Assembly: GCA_964057225.1 (NCBI GenBank)
Contig: OZ059894.1
Coordinates: 7,378,001 to 7,442,000, forward strand
Direction: 5' to 3'
Length of the DNA stretch: 64,000 nt
Origin: Auanema rhodensis
Taxonomy: Eukaryota > Animalia > Nematoda
Shown piece after piece: positions 63,421 through 64,000 of the stretch. The notes under the pieces were generated by a model, which did not search any database, was not told the origin of the DNA, and saw nothing but the letters and a program-made list of their open reading frames with translations. The stretch's first letter is position 1. Every line of letters starts with the position of its first letter. The translations under genes were made by a program, and so were the position numbers.

Positions 63421-63844
63421 AAACTTTTGCTTTCTTTTGTTTCAGAAACAGTTTTGATAAAGCTTTCAGTTTCGGAACTTCTCTCAAATCCTTTCTTTGG
63501 ATAATTTCCGGTAAAAAGGTCTAGGCTTATGGTTACGTTGTTTGGATGCATCAGGAATAGACGGCGGATCTCTTGTGAGATGATATTCTAGGAGATAATG
63601 TCGATTGGACATTGTTTCTTGGATATATTGTGATAAAAAGCTCCAAGCTTATGATTACCGTGTTTGGATGCATCAGGAATAGACGGCAGATCTCTTGTGA
63701 GATCATATTCTAACAGATAATGTCGATTGGACATTGTTTCTTGGATATATTGTGAAAAAAGGTCCAAGCTTATGATTACCGTGTTTGGATGCATCAGGAA
63801 TAGACGGCGGATCTCTTGTGAGATGATATTCTGGGAGATAATGT

Positions 63845-63916
63845 GGCCGAATGGTCTAGGGGTATGATTCTCGCTTTGGGTGCGAGAGGTCCCGGGTTCA
63901 AATCCCGGTTCGGCCC
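63845..63916 (+). tRNA. tRNA-Pro(TGG)
   Basis: Consensus copy. Confidence 0.95.
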
Positions 63917-64000
63917 AAACTTTTGCTTTCTTTTGTTTCAGAAACAGTTTTGATAAAGCTTTCAGTTTCGCAACTTCTCTCAAATCCTTTCATTGGATAT

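Larger units (their letters stand above)
39830..64000 (+). repeat. Tandem tRNA-Pro(TGG) array: 253-bp tRNA units interspersed with 0-6 ~121-bp satellite monomers; runs off the window end
   Basis: 54 tRNA copies counted. Start-to-start distances fall in classes 252-253, 373-375, 493-497, 616-619, 739, 860 and 979, i.e. 253 + n x ~121. Confidence 0.98.

Noticed and set aside
40027-63983. Over 100 short repeated ORFs (MHPNN..., MSNRHY..., MREVPK...)
   Set aside because: Translations of the tRNA antisense strand and satellite monomers; frames open and close with 1-bp indels; no coding signal.
39892-64000. CRISPR-like repeat/spacer appearance
   Set aside because: The repeat is a 72-nt tRNA, the spacers are themselves repeats rather than unique sequences, there are no cas genes, and the context is eukaryotic.

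Overview
AT-rich eukaryotic DNA, almost certainly nematode (about 50-nt introns, TTTCAG acceptors, close similarity to Caenorhabditis genes as I recall them). 1-12 kb is gene-dense: a 4-exon secreted Tyr/Asn-rich peptide ending GRK, an 11-exon glutamine synthetase with a GC-AG intron, a CTLD-CUB-CUB lectin and an nlp-42-like neuropeptide precursor. 13-22 kb holds a decayed Maverick/Polinton derivative (AGTAGT-type TIRs, possible 6-bp TSD, protease and protein-primed PolB pseudogenes, an intron-containing passenger) caught in a recent A-B-C-A'-B' inverted duplication/inversion. 22-35.6 kb is mostly CT-rich non-coding DNA upstream of a two-finger C2H2 gene (35.7-37.2 kb). A mariner fossil and decayed tRNA copies follow. 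From 39.9 kb to the window end is an array of 54 head-to-tail tRNA-Pro(TGG) genes: 253-bp tRNA units separated by 0-6 copies of a ~121-bp satellite that itself looks like a degenerate tRNA-Pro, with higher-order repeats. All spliced models, counts and alignments were made by eye. The ORF-track entries inside the array and the CT-rich region are judged spurious.
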